Positions 26,761 to 38,959 of a DNA stretch of 64,000 bases are shown piece after piece. The stretch covers positions 62,001-126,000 of the forward strand of contig JAQGDQ010000157.1 of assembly GCA_030141605.1 (NCBI GenBank), given 5' to 3'. The notes beneath the pieces were generated by a model. That model had not been told where the DNA came from and made no database searches. It saw only the letters and a program-made list of their open reading frames with translations. Every line of letters begins with the position of its first letter. The first letter of the stretch is position 1. The translations under genes and the position numbers were made by a program. This DNA comes from Tubiluchus corallicola. Its lineage: Eukaryota > Animalia > Priapulida.

Positions 26761-26850
26761 ACGTGATGATGACAGTCATAAAAAATTGGATGGATATGAA
26801 CAAAAATGCATAGATTCAGTCAAAGTGACTTTTATCTAAAAATAATTTAC

Positions 26851-26910
26851 CTCATGAAGTGCAGCTAAATACTTGTAAGCTTTACGAATGGTTTCATCCT
26901 TCTTTGCATC
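26851..26910 (-). CDS. CCDC22: CCDC22 exon 14
   Basis: DAKKDETIRKAYKYLAALHE, flanked by cag and gtaaat. Confidence 0.95.
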
Positions 26911-27003
26911 CTGCAGCACAACAGTTATTTTTATTTTCATTACGAAGGTAACATTTTTCATAATTTTTTAGTATTAAGTAAGCATTAATCATTCTAAAGC
27001 ATG

Positions 27004-27445
27004 TTAACTCCTTCAGGATTGTAAGTCTTTACTGCATTTTGCACGGGTTCATGAAAAACTGCTCTCACTAAGCAGCAATTATGTTATATTTCACAATTTT
27101 TGTAAGCTTCTACTCCACACACAATGGATTTTCATGCAAAATTACATGTGAAATACATTTGCTTACCATAGACAAATTAGAAATTGATTTTTGATGAAAA
27201 CAATCGAAAAAAACTTTCAGTAAGTGCAGTGAATGCACCATAACAATGTTTAGTATCACTTGTGTGAAATCGGCTAATGCTGAAAATTTCAACTATCTGG
27301 ACACAACACTCTGATACACTTTGGCCTCAAGTCTACTCTATTTTTAAGGAGAATTTCTTGTTAGGAGATGAAGCGGCCTTAATTTGTCCTTGGCTAATTA
27401 CTGGTTTTTCCTGGAATAGCAGCAGAACACTGCACAACTAAGCTT
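27004..27445 (+). mobile_element. piggyBac-like TTAA MITE (family P), partial
   Basis: Starts TTAA|CTCCTTCAGGATTGTAAG. Homologous to 28286-29022 (inverted), 34453-35184 and 44054-44620. Confidence 0.8.
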
Positions 27446-27624
27446 TATGTAAGTGGAGAGTTCTTTTGTGCTTTAATCTCTCACGATTATGGACTGTGTG
27501 AGAAAACACCTGGAGGCTAATCACATTCCAGGATGAGTTATGCTGTCTCAACTGGATAAAGCTGGAATAAACCCGGATAAAGCTCGGCTTTTAAAATGTA
27601 GCACCACTTGTAATACATTTTGAT

Positions 27625-28245
27625 TTAAAAGAAAGCAGGATGATTTTTCGCATCCTACTCCATTTTGAAGTATGGTAAAAACTACACATTTTAATGCCTA
27701 TACTGATGCCAAAGCATTTCTGGTAATTAAATAACAGATTAAAAACTTAATTAATGGTGGCTGAGCCCAACTAGTGATGACATTACAAATGAATATAACT
27801 TTCAACAGCAAAAACATTTACCAAGTGTCTTATACAAGTTTGCGAAGTTAAAATTGATGTACAGTGCTACTGTACGACATTCAGTGAGATATACGAAAAC
27901 TCGGCAAATTGCAGTTTAAAATTCAAAATTTAAGTTTACCGCCGTGTTCACGCATGAGCTCTCACATATGTGCAATGAGCCACAACTGAATACCTCTGCA
28001 TTGAGATGTACAGCATCTGTTTTTTGTGTAACACATTTCCAAAATGCAGGTGCTAATGCACATCTAACTAACGAATAGCGAAATGCATGTAACAGCGAAT
28101 AACTAACCGCGGGAACACGAAAATACTTTTGTGCGGTTATAATCCTTTGACGTAACTTATTCTTTAAAAAATGGTATGTTCCCTTTCAATATTTTTATTG
28201 GGCAGATTGTTTTGAGCTACAACTTAAGATTGAGTCTAGTTTTCC
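27625..28245 (+). mobile_element. Kolobok-like MITE (family K)
   Basis: Colinear with 53969-54547. Confidence 0.7.
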
Positions 28246-28285
28246 TGGAACGAGCCTCAACAAGCCTGCAAACTTTTTAAGTTGA

Positions 28286-29022
28286 TTAACTCCTACAGGA
28301 CCGTACCATTCAAAATAGGTCTTATAACCTTATAGACCTATGAGTTTTCTGCTACTGTATGAACACAGACACAACAAAATGATTACAAACTAGGTACTGT
28401 TCTATTCAGAAGAATCTCGGCTATCCAATCATGCTATTTGTTTACACATTTACAAATGGTTTAATTTGATAAAATTAAGAAAACACGTCCTTTTCGGGTA
28501 CTCCAACTTAGCACATTGAGTAGCTTAGTCTGGTGTACTCTTGCATGATCATACACACTACTATATTGATCACCTGCTTGCTGCAGTGCAAGAGGACCAT
28601 CTGTTGTACAGAGTTCCAAGAAAAACCAACGGATCACCCAAGGAAAAATTAAGATTGTTTCATCTTTTAATACAAATTTCTCCTTAAAAATACAGTAGAC
28701 TTGAGGCTAAAGTGAATCAGAGTGTTGTCTGGACAGTTGAGTTTCTGCATTAGCCAATTTCACACAAGTGATACTGTACATTGTTATAGTGCAAACATTA
28801 CTGTTATTGAAAGCTTTTTTCAATTTTTTTGTCAAAAATGAATTTTTAATTTGTTTAAGGCAAGCAAATGCATTTCATATATAATTTTGCAAGAAAATTA
28901 ATTGTGTGAGGCATAGAAACGTACAAAAATTATCAGATATAATGTAATAGCTGTTTAGTGAGACCAGTTTTTCATGAATCCATGCAAAATGCAGCAAACA
29001 CTTACATTCCTGAAGGAGTTAA
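28286..29022 (-). mobile_element. piggyBac-like MITE (family P), full length, inverted
   Basis: TTAA|CTCCTACAGGA ... TCCTGAAGGAG|TTAA. Confidence 0.85.
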
Positions 29023-29297
29023 CGGATTTCAACAGTAACAGCAACACTGAAAAAACTCACTGCATAAAATCACGACTTTTTGTATTAGCACAAAATTACA
29101 CTAAATAGGCCTATTGCACACCTAATCGTGTGACAATCTCACTTATTTCCAACAACATTAAAGAACTTATGAACAGTAAAAAGAGAGTCATTTAAGTAGA
29201 TCATCTAATGCATAGTTCAAAAATTGGGTCACTTTTACAGTTAAATACTGGATAACCCGACTCATTTTCCTTAATAATTTTCTAAGCATCAACCTAC

Positions 29298-29393
29298 CCG
29301 GAATATTAATTCGTCGGTAACTGTAAATGTCCGATCCAACTTTCCCGACATGTGGTTAATTTCTTTTTGCACTCCTTTTGTGTCTTGCAGCAC
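29298..29393 (-). CDS. CCDC22: CCDC22 exon 13
   Basis: VLQDTKGVQKEINHMSGKLDRTFTVTDELIFR, flanked by cag and gtaggt. Confidence 0.95.
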
Positions 29394-29517
29394 CTGCAAT
29401 GTATTCCAAAAAACTACAAAAGCTGTTTTATTTAAGTGTAGAAAAACATTTAAGCGTATCGTGTCTGCGAATGCGAATGTCTAAGAGAACGTATTCCAAA
29501 TAAAAATGTCAAAAAAC

Positions 29518-29942
29518 TAATGCCTCTTCACACTTCCACAGATTCATGATGATCGTGAAAAGGTCCAAGGTTAAGCGTACCATACAACATATTTGTGTAC
29601 ACTTGACAATGCAGTGCAGCCATGCTGTTGTAATGGTAACCGTTTTAACAGGTAGCTAGAACCTTACCTAGTTCATTTTTCTTGTTCCAAAGCAAGTTCC
29701 TGCTAGTAAATCACTCTATGCACAGTCTAATGCATAATTAAGTAAAGTCCACGTAAAACAACTGAATTTGCTGCATAAAGTCCATGTAAAACAACTGAAT
29801 TTGCTGCACTGATGTGGCAGACGGCTTTGCTTTACCCACACAGCACGTGACGGTTGTAGTTAAGACGCGTTGCTGTGGTACACTTAACACTTGACCTACA
29901 GCAACTGCACATGCCCATAACGAAACGGTGTCAAGGCTTATT
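29518..29942. mobile_element. MITE family A copy with a short internal duplication
   Basis: Homologous to 1783-2168 and ends AAGGCTTATT. Confidence 0.8.
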
Positions 29943-30258
29943 AAAAAAGGGTTAGCAGATGTAAAATAATGGTACGCGCGATTCTTCTCTGCACTTTTTT
30001 ACCATCAAATTCTGTTTCAATGGCGATTTCCAGACCAAATGTGGTGTAGAGAAAAAATGCAGGAGGAAACTAAGCATATCACCATCATAGTGGAAAACAA
30101 AATAGCATAGAAACTTGTATGATAACGTATAAGAAAACAGTAAAGTTTATGCTTTGTTCATTGGAAATGCAATAATAAGTGAATGACGAGTGTTATCACT
30201 ATAACTGAATCACTGGCATCTGAATAACAAAAATCTGCTAACATGAGAAAGATATAAA

Positions 30259-31029
30259 CAGTAAGCCCTCGCTTAACAATGCTAATGCATTCCAACAAGT
30301 ATGACTTTAAGCGAAACGTCGTTAAACGAAGCCAAGACTTCATAGAAAGTAATGTAAAAGAATTGAGATACGTTCCAGAGACAAAAATCAGTACTGCATA
30401 AATTGAATGTTTTATGAGTTTTGTTCATGTTTCTACTGATTAATTTTATTCTGCTTGCTGGAAACCATTATCTTTTTTATCAGTACCTAGCTAGCAGTTT
30501 CTCTTTCATCAACGACGAAGCCTAATTAGCTGTGAAACAATAAATAACCGCATAGTCAAAGCCAGGCCTGGATAACCTTGAGACCATTTCATCTACTTAG
30601 TTTGGTTGCTATAGCAACGGATTGTAGGCAAAATTCCTTGGCATAAAGTTTGCATTCAGGTGCCTATACATGGGTGTGTATAAACAGTAAACTGATTTTC
30701 CATGATAGCGTTTAGTAGTCAGTTGGGAAACAAAAACGTGTGAATTAATTGTACTGTTTTAATTACTGATGCATTTTTAGAACAGAAATTAATTGTACTG
30801 TTTTAATTACTGATGCATTTTTAGAACAGAATAATGCAATATGTGCTGTTTTAATGCTTCAAATTATGCAAAAATGTTGATGATAAAATAAAAACTGTGA
30901 GTGAGCAAAGTAAAAAAATCGTCGTTAAAATGAAATGTGCGACGTTAAATGAAAAGAAGGGTGTCAAATATTCAGCATCATTAAAATGAAATGTCATTAA
31001 ATGGGGAGTCGCTAAGTGAAGACTTACTG
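30259..31029. mobile_element. Tigger-like MITE
   Basis: TIRs CAGTAAGCCCTCGCTTAAC ... GCTAAGTGAAGACTTACTG|TA. Internal tandem duplication of about 44 bp at about 30743-30830. Confidence 0.65.
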
Positions 31030-31189
31030 TACTAAAAAACAACTTATATACTTGTTTTTATGGCTACTGATAAAGACCGTGATGACAACGAGAAGCAGCA
31101 ACAGCGGCGGCAACAAAACATAATCAAGTCTACAGTCTTTCGTCTACTAAGAAATTCTATATTATAGCAAAATTTTGTGTGCCATTCAC

Positions 31190-31297
31190 CTTTTGGATAT
31201 CACAATTTTGTTTGTTTATGTTGCTGATAATTTCCATAATTCGTTTGGTATAAGCAGCCCGGTTCAAGTCTTTTGGTGTCCTCTCATACTCAGCCAC
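31190..31297 (-). CDS. CCDC22: CCDC22 exon 12
   Basis: VAEYERTPKDLNRAAYTKRIMEIISNINKQNCDIQK, flanked by tag and gtgaat. Confidence 0.94.
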
Positions 31298-31419
31298 CTA
31301 AGGAAAAAATAAATCACATAAGCAGAAATTTACATTTCGTAGTCAGAAAGTTAATTGGATTAAAAATCGTTAAAGTTCTGGTAAAACTCAACTCACACAA
31401 TAAGTAATAAGAAGGAAAA

Positions 31420-31850
31420 TTAAAGGAAATGTCAAGCCTTCTGGGAAGTTAGGCTTATTTCAATGTTTGAAGAATGTTAGAAGGACTTGGCAATAAAACT
31501 GCAATAAGCGCCTCGTGTAATTAGTAAAATCACTTTAAAGTCGCGATCACTTCATGCTTGGGGACTCACATTATCAATGCCCATTCTTCCACCAATGATG
31601 TCATTCGTCTTGAAGAAAAGTAGCGCATTGTCAATCTTCACCAAAACGTATAAGTTTTTACAAAGAAATTAGATAGCTAATTTTGTAATATTTTTGCGTG
31701 AACATTAGGTAAGCTGCAGAAGTTTGAATTAGTTTAAGCAGTGTGCTCTTACAGAAAGCCACGGCACGCTTATGAAAAGTCACGAAGTATCCCAGTTACA
31801 TCATGACTTTCAAGTGAATGGTGGCATGCCTGAAAATTTCTATTCAGACG
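31420..31850 (+). mobile_element. TTAAAGG-starting repeat (Kolobok/Crypton-like); second copy at about 37434-37910
   Basis: Both copies share GGGAAGTTAGGC...CTCGTGTAATTAG...AATGCCCATTCTTC...TTATGAAAAGTC. Confidence 0.6.
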
Positions 31851-31987
31851 TAGCACATTTTACATTGATGCTTTATAGATAGTTCTTCGCAAATTTCTTT
31901 ATGTTTTCGCATTGCTTTGCATTCCGGACTGCTTTTAACAAAAAATACTACAGTTAACAAGTTGTAGTTACAGTCACAAACTTGTAC

Positions 31988-32089
31988 CAATTGTTTATAG
32001 TATTCGTCCTTGTCTTTTATTAAAGCAGCATCTTCTCTCATCTTCTCTCGCAGCTGCTTTATGTCTTCCAGTATCCGCTGAGAATCCGT
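31988..32089 (-). CDS. CCDC22: CCDC22 exon 11
   Basis: TDSQRILEDIKQLREKMREDAALIKDKDEYYKQL, flanked by tag and gtacaa. Confidence 0.9.
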
Positions 32090-32251
32090 CTATAAATAAA
32101 TAAATTCACATGTATAACAGGTGAAGTGTTGAGAAACTAACAAAATGATTAAATGTGACATGAACCACCATATTAAATTTTAAATGCTTCGCTGTTTTAA
32201 TTTTGCCAAAAAAGTCTGCCATTCAGAAATAAGTGCATTGTTAGTCTAGTT

Positions 32252-32821
32252 CAGTTTTTCTCAAAGTGGCCAGTACTGCCCCCGGGGGCAGTAGAAAGAT
32301 CTGGAAAGGACAGTAGGGGGCGACAGGGTAGCTTTAGGAGCAGTTAATAAATAACTTTTTGTATTTTACAAAATCTGAATGATAAAATATATATCAAAAT
32401 ATAAGGTAATAACATTAATATAAGGTAATAACAGTAATATAAGGTAATAATAGTAATATAAGGTATTATGACTTGATGTGTCATAAAATATAAAGTAAAG
32501 GTACACGTATGCAGCTTAAAGAGAATAAAAGTGACATAAGAATTATAAACGAATGCATAGCTTTGTTACGTAGCCAAATGTGAGAGTCGAAAGATCCCTC
32601 TATATTGCTGACACAGCTAAAACTGCTAAATAAATTGGTTTACTAAATTAGGTTTTATCTGTGAAATACATCTTTGTGTTTAATTTTGTAGTTTTCAATT
32701 TGAAGCATACCAAAATAAAAAAGCTGCATGTTTGCATGTGTGTATGAGGAAGGGGGAGGGAACCCTAAGAATTCACCTGGAAGCCAACTGGGTGCTAGCC
32801 TGGAAAGTTTGGGAACCACTG
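32252..32821. mobile_element. hAT (Charlie-like) MITE
   Basis: TIRs CAGTTTTTCTCAAAGT / AGTTTGGGAACCACTG, with a perfect 8-bp TSD GTCTAGTT on both sides. Confidence 0.85.
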
Positions 32822-33501
32822 GTCTAGTTGTCAGAAGAGAAGAAATCGTTATACATCTCTTTTCCATTTTATCATCATAAAATGATCAAGCTTCAAACTT
32901 TGTCGAATCACAATGGGATTTTTATTATCGCCCAAAAAGTCTGTCAAAGATTGGCAATTGCTGTGAGATCTTTTTCACTTTTTAACCAGTTATTTTTAGA
33001 CATCACAACCCACAGACATTCAACTTTAATGCTACACAAACGTTACGATGTTATGCACCACGGCCAAAGTCAGGGACGGCTCTAGATAGTTTGACGCCCT
33101 AGGCAAGTGTTTTTGCGACCACTCTTCAACGGTCCCTATCATGTTGCCAATCTTGAATTTTTCTTGTATAATCTTATAATAAAATGTAATGGTATCAGTG
33201 TGTGTTGAGCATATGCACATATTATAGTGTACAAATTAAGCATAGTTAATTAACTATCTAAACCTTGTGCTGCTTGAATTTGAAATTTAATTTACGACCG
33301 CTTGAATTTGAAATTGGATTTATGACTATTTGAATTTGAAATAGGATTTATGACCCAATTGTACTCTACATGACACGCCAGCTTTTTTACCTTTCGTTTC
33401 CTGTTGGCCCGAAGACTTCAATTCTTATATGTTTGTCCACCATAGTTAGATAAATGCTATTGTTAGATTTTTTTATTAACGGAAAGGTCATTCAGTAAGC
33501 A

Positions 33502-33800
33502 CTTAAAAGAAGACAGGGTGATTTTTCATATGCTACACCATTTTCAAGTTCAATAAAAAGTATACATTTTAACACAATTAATACTGCAATAGCATTTCTA
33601 ATGATTAATAATAGATCAAAAACTTAATTAACGGTGGGCCAGCCCAACTATTGAAGACATCAAAAACTAACATAATTTTCAACAGCAAAAACAATCCACC
33701 AGCATGTTGTACTTCTTTGCAAAAGCGAAAATTGCAATACAGTGCTACTGTAAGATATTCAGTGTGTGTACTAAAGCTAGGCAAATCAGTGAATTATACA
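33502..33800 (+). mobile_element. Kolobok-like MITE (family K), partial
   Basis: Starts TTAAAAGAAGACAGG and is homologous to 53969. Confidence 0.6.
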
Positions 33801-34285
33801 TTTCCACAGGAAAATAAGGCAACTTTTCATTTCATTTAATTAGTGTTGCGCACTTAAAGAAACACACATACAGTATGCTATTACTTACACTAAACTTAAA
33901 AAATTAAAGTTTAGATATGACGATATGACTTATATATATTGCGAACCACAAGCATGTGTACGTGATGTGGCTTTATAATTAATGGACCGTTTACATGTTC
34001 CCGTAAATTCTTCGGCGTTATCATGGATAACCACACATTTTTCCATCAAAAAGGTAAAGTTTTGCTCCCGCACTGGCCTCTTGGGAAAGGGCAAGGAGAG
34101 CCACTGCCCACTCTGCCCCTGCGACTCTGGCGCCCCTGGAAATATGGCACACAATCTATAGACCTCTAGTTTGCAGAGCAGTAAGAGTTTGCCAATCTGC
34201 AGTTTCAATTTTCTTTGTGAAGCCATAAAATTACTCTTTGGGGGAGATCCCCTGGTTGGGAATCCCCAGTTTAATTCATACGTAC

Positions 34286-34402
34286 TACTTTATTTTCGTT
34301 GGCATTTTTTAATTGCTGATACTTTTCTTCCAACGGTATCCTGTGTTGCTCCCACTGTTCAGCTAGAATGGCAAGTCTCTTTGAACTAACTTCTACCAAT
34401 TC
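34286..34402 (-). CDS. CCDC22: CCDC22 exon 10
   Basis: ELVEVSSKRLAILAEQWEQHRIPLEEKYQQLKNANENKV (QWExHRxPL motif), flanked by tag and gtacgt. Confidence 0.92.
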
Positions 34403-34452
34403 CTAGAACACAAAAATGGTTTTTATGAAATAACAATTTACTAATAAATTCT

Positions 34453-35184
34453 TTAACTCCCTCAGGATTGTAAGCACTTGTTACACTTTACATGGATTCA
34501 TGAAAAACAGTTCTCACCTAGCAACAATTACGTTATGTTTGATCATTTTTGTACGTTTCTACTCCTCACACAATAGACTTTCATGCAAAATCAAATATAT
34601 AATGCATTAGCTTACCTTCAACAAATTAAATTTTTGATGAAAAAATCGAAAAAAGCTTGCAGCAACTGCAGTGTTTGCAATGTAACAATGTACAATATCA
34701 TTTGTGTGAAATCAGCTAATGCAGAAAAGTTCAACTATCCAGACACAACACTCTGATATACTTTGGCCTCAAGTCTACTCTATTTTTAAGGAGAAATTCC
34801 TGTTAAAAGTTGAACCGACCTTAATTTGTCCTTGGTTGATTGGTTGGTTTTTCCTAGAATAGCAGGAAAACACTGCACCGCTTGAGCTGTAGCAAGCGGG
34901 CGATCAATAAATTAGTGGGTACAATTACGCAAGTGCAAACTAGACTAACTTACTCAATAGGCTAAGTTGGAGTGCCTGCAAAGGCTGTGCTTTTCTTAAT
35001 TTAATCCAATTAAATCACTTATAAATGTTTAAGCAAATAGTGTGATTGGATAGCCGAGATTCTCCTGAATAGAACAGTACCTAATTTGTAGCCATTTAGT
35101 TATGTCTGTGCTCACATAGTAGCAGAATAGTCATAGGTGTTATAAGACCTATTTTAAATGGTGCGAATGGTTATTAGGAGTTAA
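34453..35184 (+). mobile_element. piggyBac-like MITE (family P), full length
   Basis: TTAA|CTCCCTCAGGA ... TATTAGGAG|TTAA. Confidence 0.85.
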
Positions 35185-35572
35185 ACCATCTTGAAAGAAA
35201 GAAGAGGATGTCCATGCCAATGTTTAGTTATAATGCTTCTGTTTTCCAACAATCACACAAAGTAAGAATTAAAATATATGCAACACACACGACAATGTGT
35301 TTCTGTGCGCGAAGACGTAGGCTGAGCCCAGGTAGCGATTTTAAAATTTTACGAATCTACTGGAATTTTGGGATTGTAACTTAATATCACAATGTCCTAT
35401 TACTTGGTACTACAGGTCTACAACGATTAACCTGTTACAATATTAATGTTGTTTTTTACTTTTCCAAAGCTAACAATAAAATATAGCCTCTATGATTATA
35501 AAGCCGACACCAGAAGTTGCGTATGGTGATGATTTATAATCACGAAGGTACTACTTCTTTAATCTAACATAC

Positions 35573-35692
35573 TTTTAATTTAGCTATATTATTGTCGGCA
35601 TCAGGAAGCAAATCAAAAACACGTTTTTTCATTTTGTACGTCGTCTCTAGTTCTGCGTTTTTCTCCTCATAACTTACAAGCTCTTCTTCCAT
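35573..35692 (-). CDS. CCDC22: CCDC22 exon 9
   Basis: MEEELVSYEEKNAELETTYKMKKRVFDLLPDADNNIAKLK, flanked by cag and gtatgt. Confidence 0.92.
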
Positions 35693-37115
35693 CTGCAAAA
35701 CATTAAATCACAAAATAAACAATGAAGTAGATAAATAATAAATAACAAATAATAAAAAATGATCAAGCCAGTTGCAGTAAAATAATCAAGTTTATATACA
35801 CTTGTACACAAAATATCAACTACACTCGTATCTCGGTTTTCTGGACAAATTTCCCGGGAGACGTCAGAGTCCAAATTTGCTGATTGTCCGTATTTACCGA
35901 TACTAAGCTAATACAGCAGGCGCCATACATTAGGCTCATGGTAATGTAGAATCAATCGCCTAATTGTCTCAAAAACGTCTAGTACGGCCACTGCAAAAGT
36001 ATATAAAAACTGTCGGCAATTGACTCAACTAACTCCGCATAATTGACTCTATATTTTTATACATAGAAATATACGTGTGGTTACACTAATGTAATGATGT
36101 AAATGAAGTGACGGCCTGCCAACTAGCGGTTAGCTTGCGAAAGTCCGTAGTATGCACGACTTTTTAACGGTCCAGATTTTGACCGATTCTTCCAATATCC
36201 GTAAAAACAAGGTGCATTGTCAATTCTGTAGTTGTAATATTTTGCATATTGTAATCTTGTGCTAAATGGATAAATAAATAAATTTAAAAATGCCAATCAA
36301 ATAAGGCAAGCCTCAGACGTTGGTTTTCCTGCTATCAAAATGTTTACTGATTACCTGTATTGACTTAAAATTAATTTATAACAATCATATCAAGAAAACT
36401 AACAAACAAAGGTAGCTTGACTGACTAGTTGTGTATGGTGTACTCTAGGCTTTAGGTAAAATTGAGCAAGTAAAGGGCAGCACCATACACGACAATGTAG
36501 CAAATTACGAACTGAAGTGCTTGCAAGTGGATTGTGAAGAGTTTCAATATTATTTACTTTTCGTGTTAACACTCAATATCATATTATTCAATTTAACGAA
36601 AAGTCAAGAAGTGAGATTCAGTGGTTCAGCATGTGTGCAATTTTAATATCAACTAATGACAGTAAAGTATCAAGCTTACATATATCCTACATATGTTGCA
36701 AAGAAGCATTTTGAGAAACACGTTCAACTGGTTCTCAGGTAACACACAAGTGACAAAGAAACAAAGTGAACATACTAAACTGTCCTATATACACACACAC
36801 ACATGAGGAGTATGTTCAACTAGTTCTAAGACATAACACAAAAGTGATGCAGAATGAAATGAAGCATAATAAAATGTAATATATATATATGTATATATAC
36901 ACTATGCATGAAAACTATTTTAACTGGTTCTCTGGTAGCAAATAAAAGCGGTGCAGAAATTAAATGGCAGATTATTAATACATGCTTTGCCACAGTCAAT
37001 CAGGCACGAGAATAATTAGGCAACCAAAATCGTTCGTTAACTTTCAATATTCCTAATCATAAAAAACTCAATTAAAAATTTTTTTACTAACATGACTCTG
37101 TGGCCTAGCAAATAC

Positions 37116-37280
37116 CTGTCTAATGTTACTTGAATATTGTTTCATTTCAGCTTTCAGCTGATCTAGTTGCTCTGCTATTTCCTCGACCTTCTTTCTCATT
37201 TCTGCTTCTTCCTCCTCCCTCTTCTTTATCTGATCTTGTTCACTGTCAATTCTAGCAGATGTCACTGTTGGTGCCTCTCC
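37116..37280 (-). CDS. CCDC22: CCDC22 exon 8
   Basis: GEAPTVTSARIDSEQDQIKKREEEEAEMRKKVEEIAEQLDQLKAEMKQYSSNIRQ, flanked by cag and gtattt. Confidence 0.88.
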
Positions 37281-38310
37281 CTGTGAATATATACAGATTA
37301 CAGCTCAATTCTCAAATTGCGACCAGGATGATTGGTACCTTCAATTATAAAAAATTTATATCAAAGAAAAACACATTTTAGTTTCAAGTGTAGAATTTTC
37401 GACCAAAAATAAATATGTCATAAATATCAGATATTAAAGGCAAGGCCATTGTGGGAAGTTAGGCAGGCTTAATTGAATATTTGCAAAAAAATGTTAGAAC
37501 GATTAGCAATAAAAGTGTAGTAAGCGACTCGTGTAATTAGTATAATCACTGTACAGTTGTAATTATTTCGCATTTAGATGCTTCCATTTTCAATGCCCAT
37601 TCTTCTTCCACTCGTCATCACTCGTCAACTGAAGAAAAGCAGCGCACTGTCAATTTGTGTCAGAAGTATAATAAGTTTTTACAAAAAATTACACGGCTAA
37701 ATAGGTGATATTTTTACATGAGCGTTAGATAAGCTGTAGAAGTTTGAATGACTTTAAGGGCTGCGTGTGCTCAAGGAAAGCCATGATTCCCTTATGAAAA
37801 GTCCACGAAAATTTTACAATTTTCAAGTGAATGGCGGCAGCCACCATGCCCGAAAATTTCTATACTGCAGTAGCATAAATATACTTATACATAGTTTTTG
37901 TGCACATTTCTTTGTTATATTTTTCTAAGTTTAAGTGATAACAGCAAAATAAACCCAACACCTTAAGTGAATTGTCCTTTTCTTTCAGGAAAAAATTAAA
38001 ACAAATGGAAAGGAATCAATATATCACATTCGACAGATAGAAAACAGTCAAAGCATTCCCCTATAATAGAATAGATATCTGATGCCGATAACTGCAAACC
38101 AGTCTGAACAAATAAACAAATTTGTTGTGAAAAGCATTTGAAAAAACCACTTATTTGCAAAGGCTGTTATTGAGGAAAATTGTGAGATTCTCAGAAAAAC
38201 TTAGCTTTTAAACACACTGCAGAGAAAACGAAAATAAACAACACACAACGTAGTAAATAAACACCTACACACATCGCCGACAATGCAACAGAAATGGTAT
38301 GACCACGCAC

Positions 38311-38496
38311 CTCTGTGGACTGGTACTTGTCCTCTTGAGCAAACCGTGATCCCTTCACCAACAATGTTTGGCTCTCCCTGGTTGGGGCACTTGGCAATAT
38401 GGCTTCTCCACCATCTGCAGCAGCAGCTGAAACGGCTTTGCTGAGCTGTTCTCTGATTCGTGACTGTAAACGCTCACGCTTCCGTGCCCGATATTC
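38311..38496 (-). CDS. CCDC22: CCDC22 exon 7
   Basis: EYRARKRERLQSRIREQL...KGSRFAQEDKYQSTE, flanked by tag and gtgcgt. Confidence 0.9.
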
Positions 38497-38959
38497 CTAG
38501 AATGAAACAAAATGAGATAGTATCAGTTTTTTCTTACACAAATAGATTTTTTTGTAAGGTCGTTCAACACAAAAACATCTAAGGAAACTCATAGCACTCA
38601 CTTAAATCATATCACGTGTTCTTTCAGCAAAGGTAACACTAGTAAATAGAAATTCTCTGCCATGCAGGTACAAATTAATGATTCACTTATATGGATTGAA
38701 CAAAAATTCATTTTATCCTTTTCTGCATTTCTCCAGTGCAAAATAGACTGTATACCATCTTCGAACTTCCAGATACTTTCTACAATCTCTCTTATCAATG
38801 CAGCAGTTGCCAGAGTTAATGAATCTGGCCATTTCATCTCCCATGCCACATATGCCTTGCTTAGGCATGATTTGCATGCACTCAAATGTGGCCTACTTTG
38901 CCAATTCAACAGCTCATTTTAAATAAAGGTTAAAGATTACTCTTGACAATGAGAGATTA

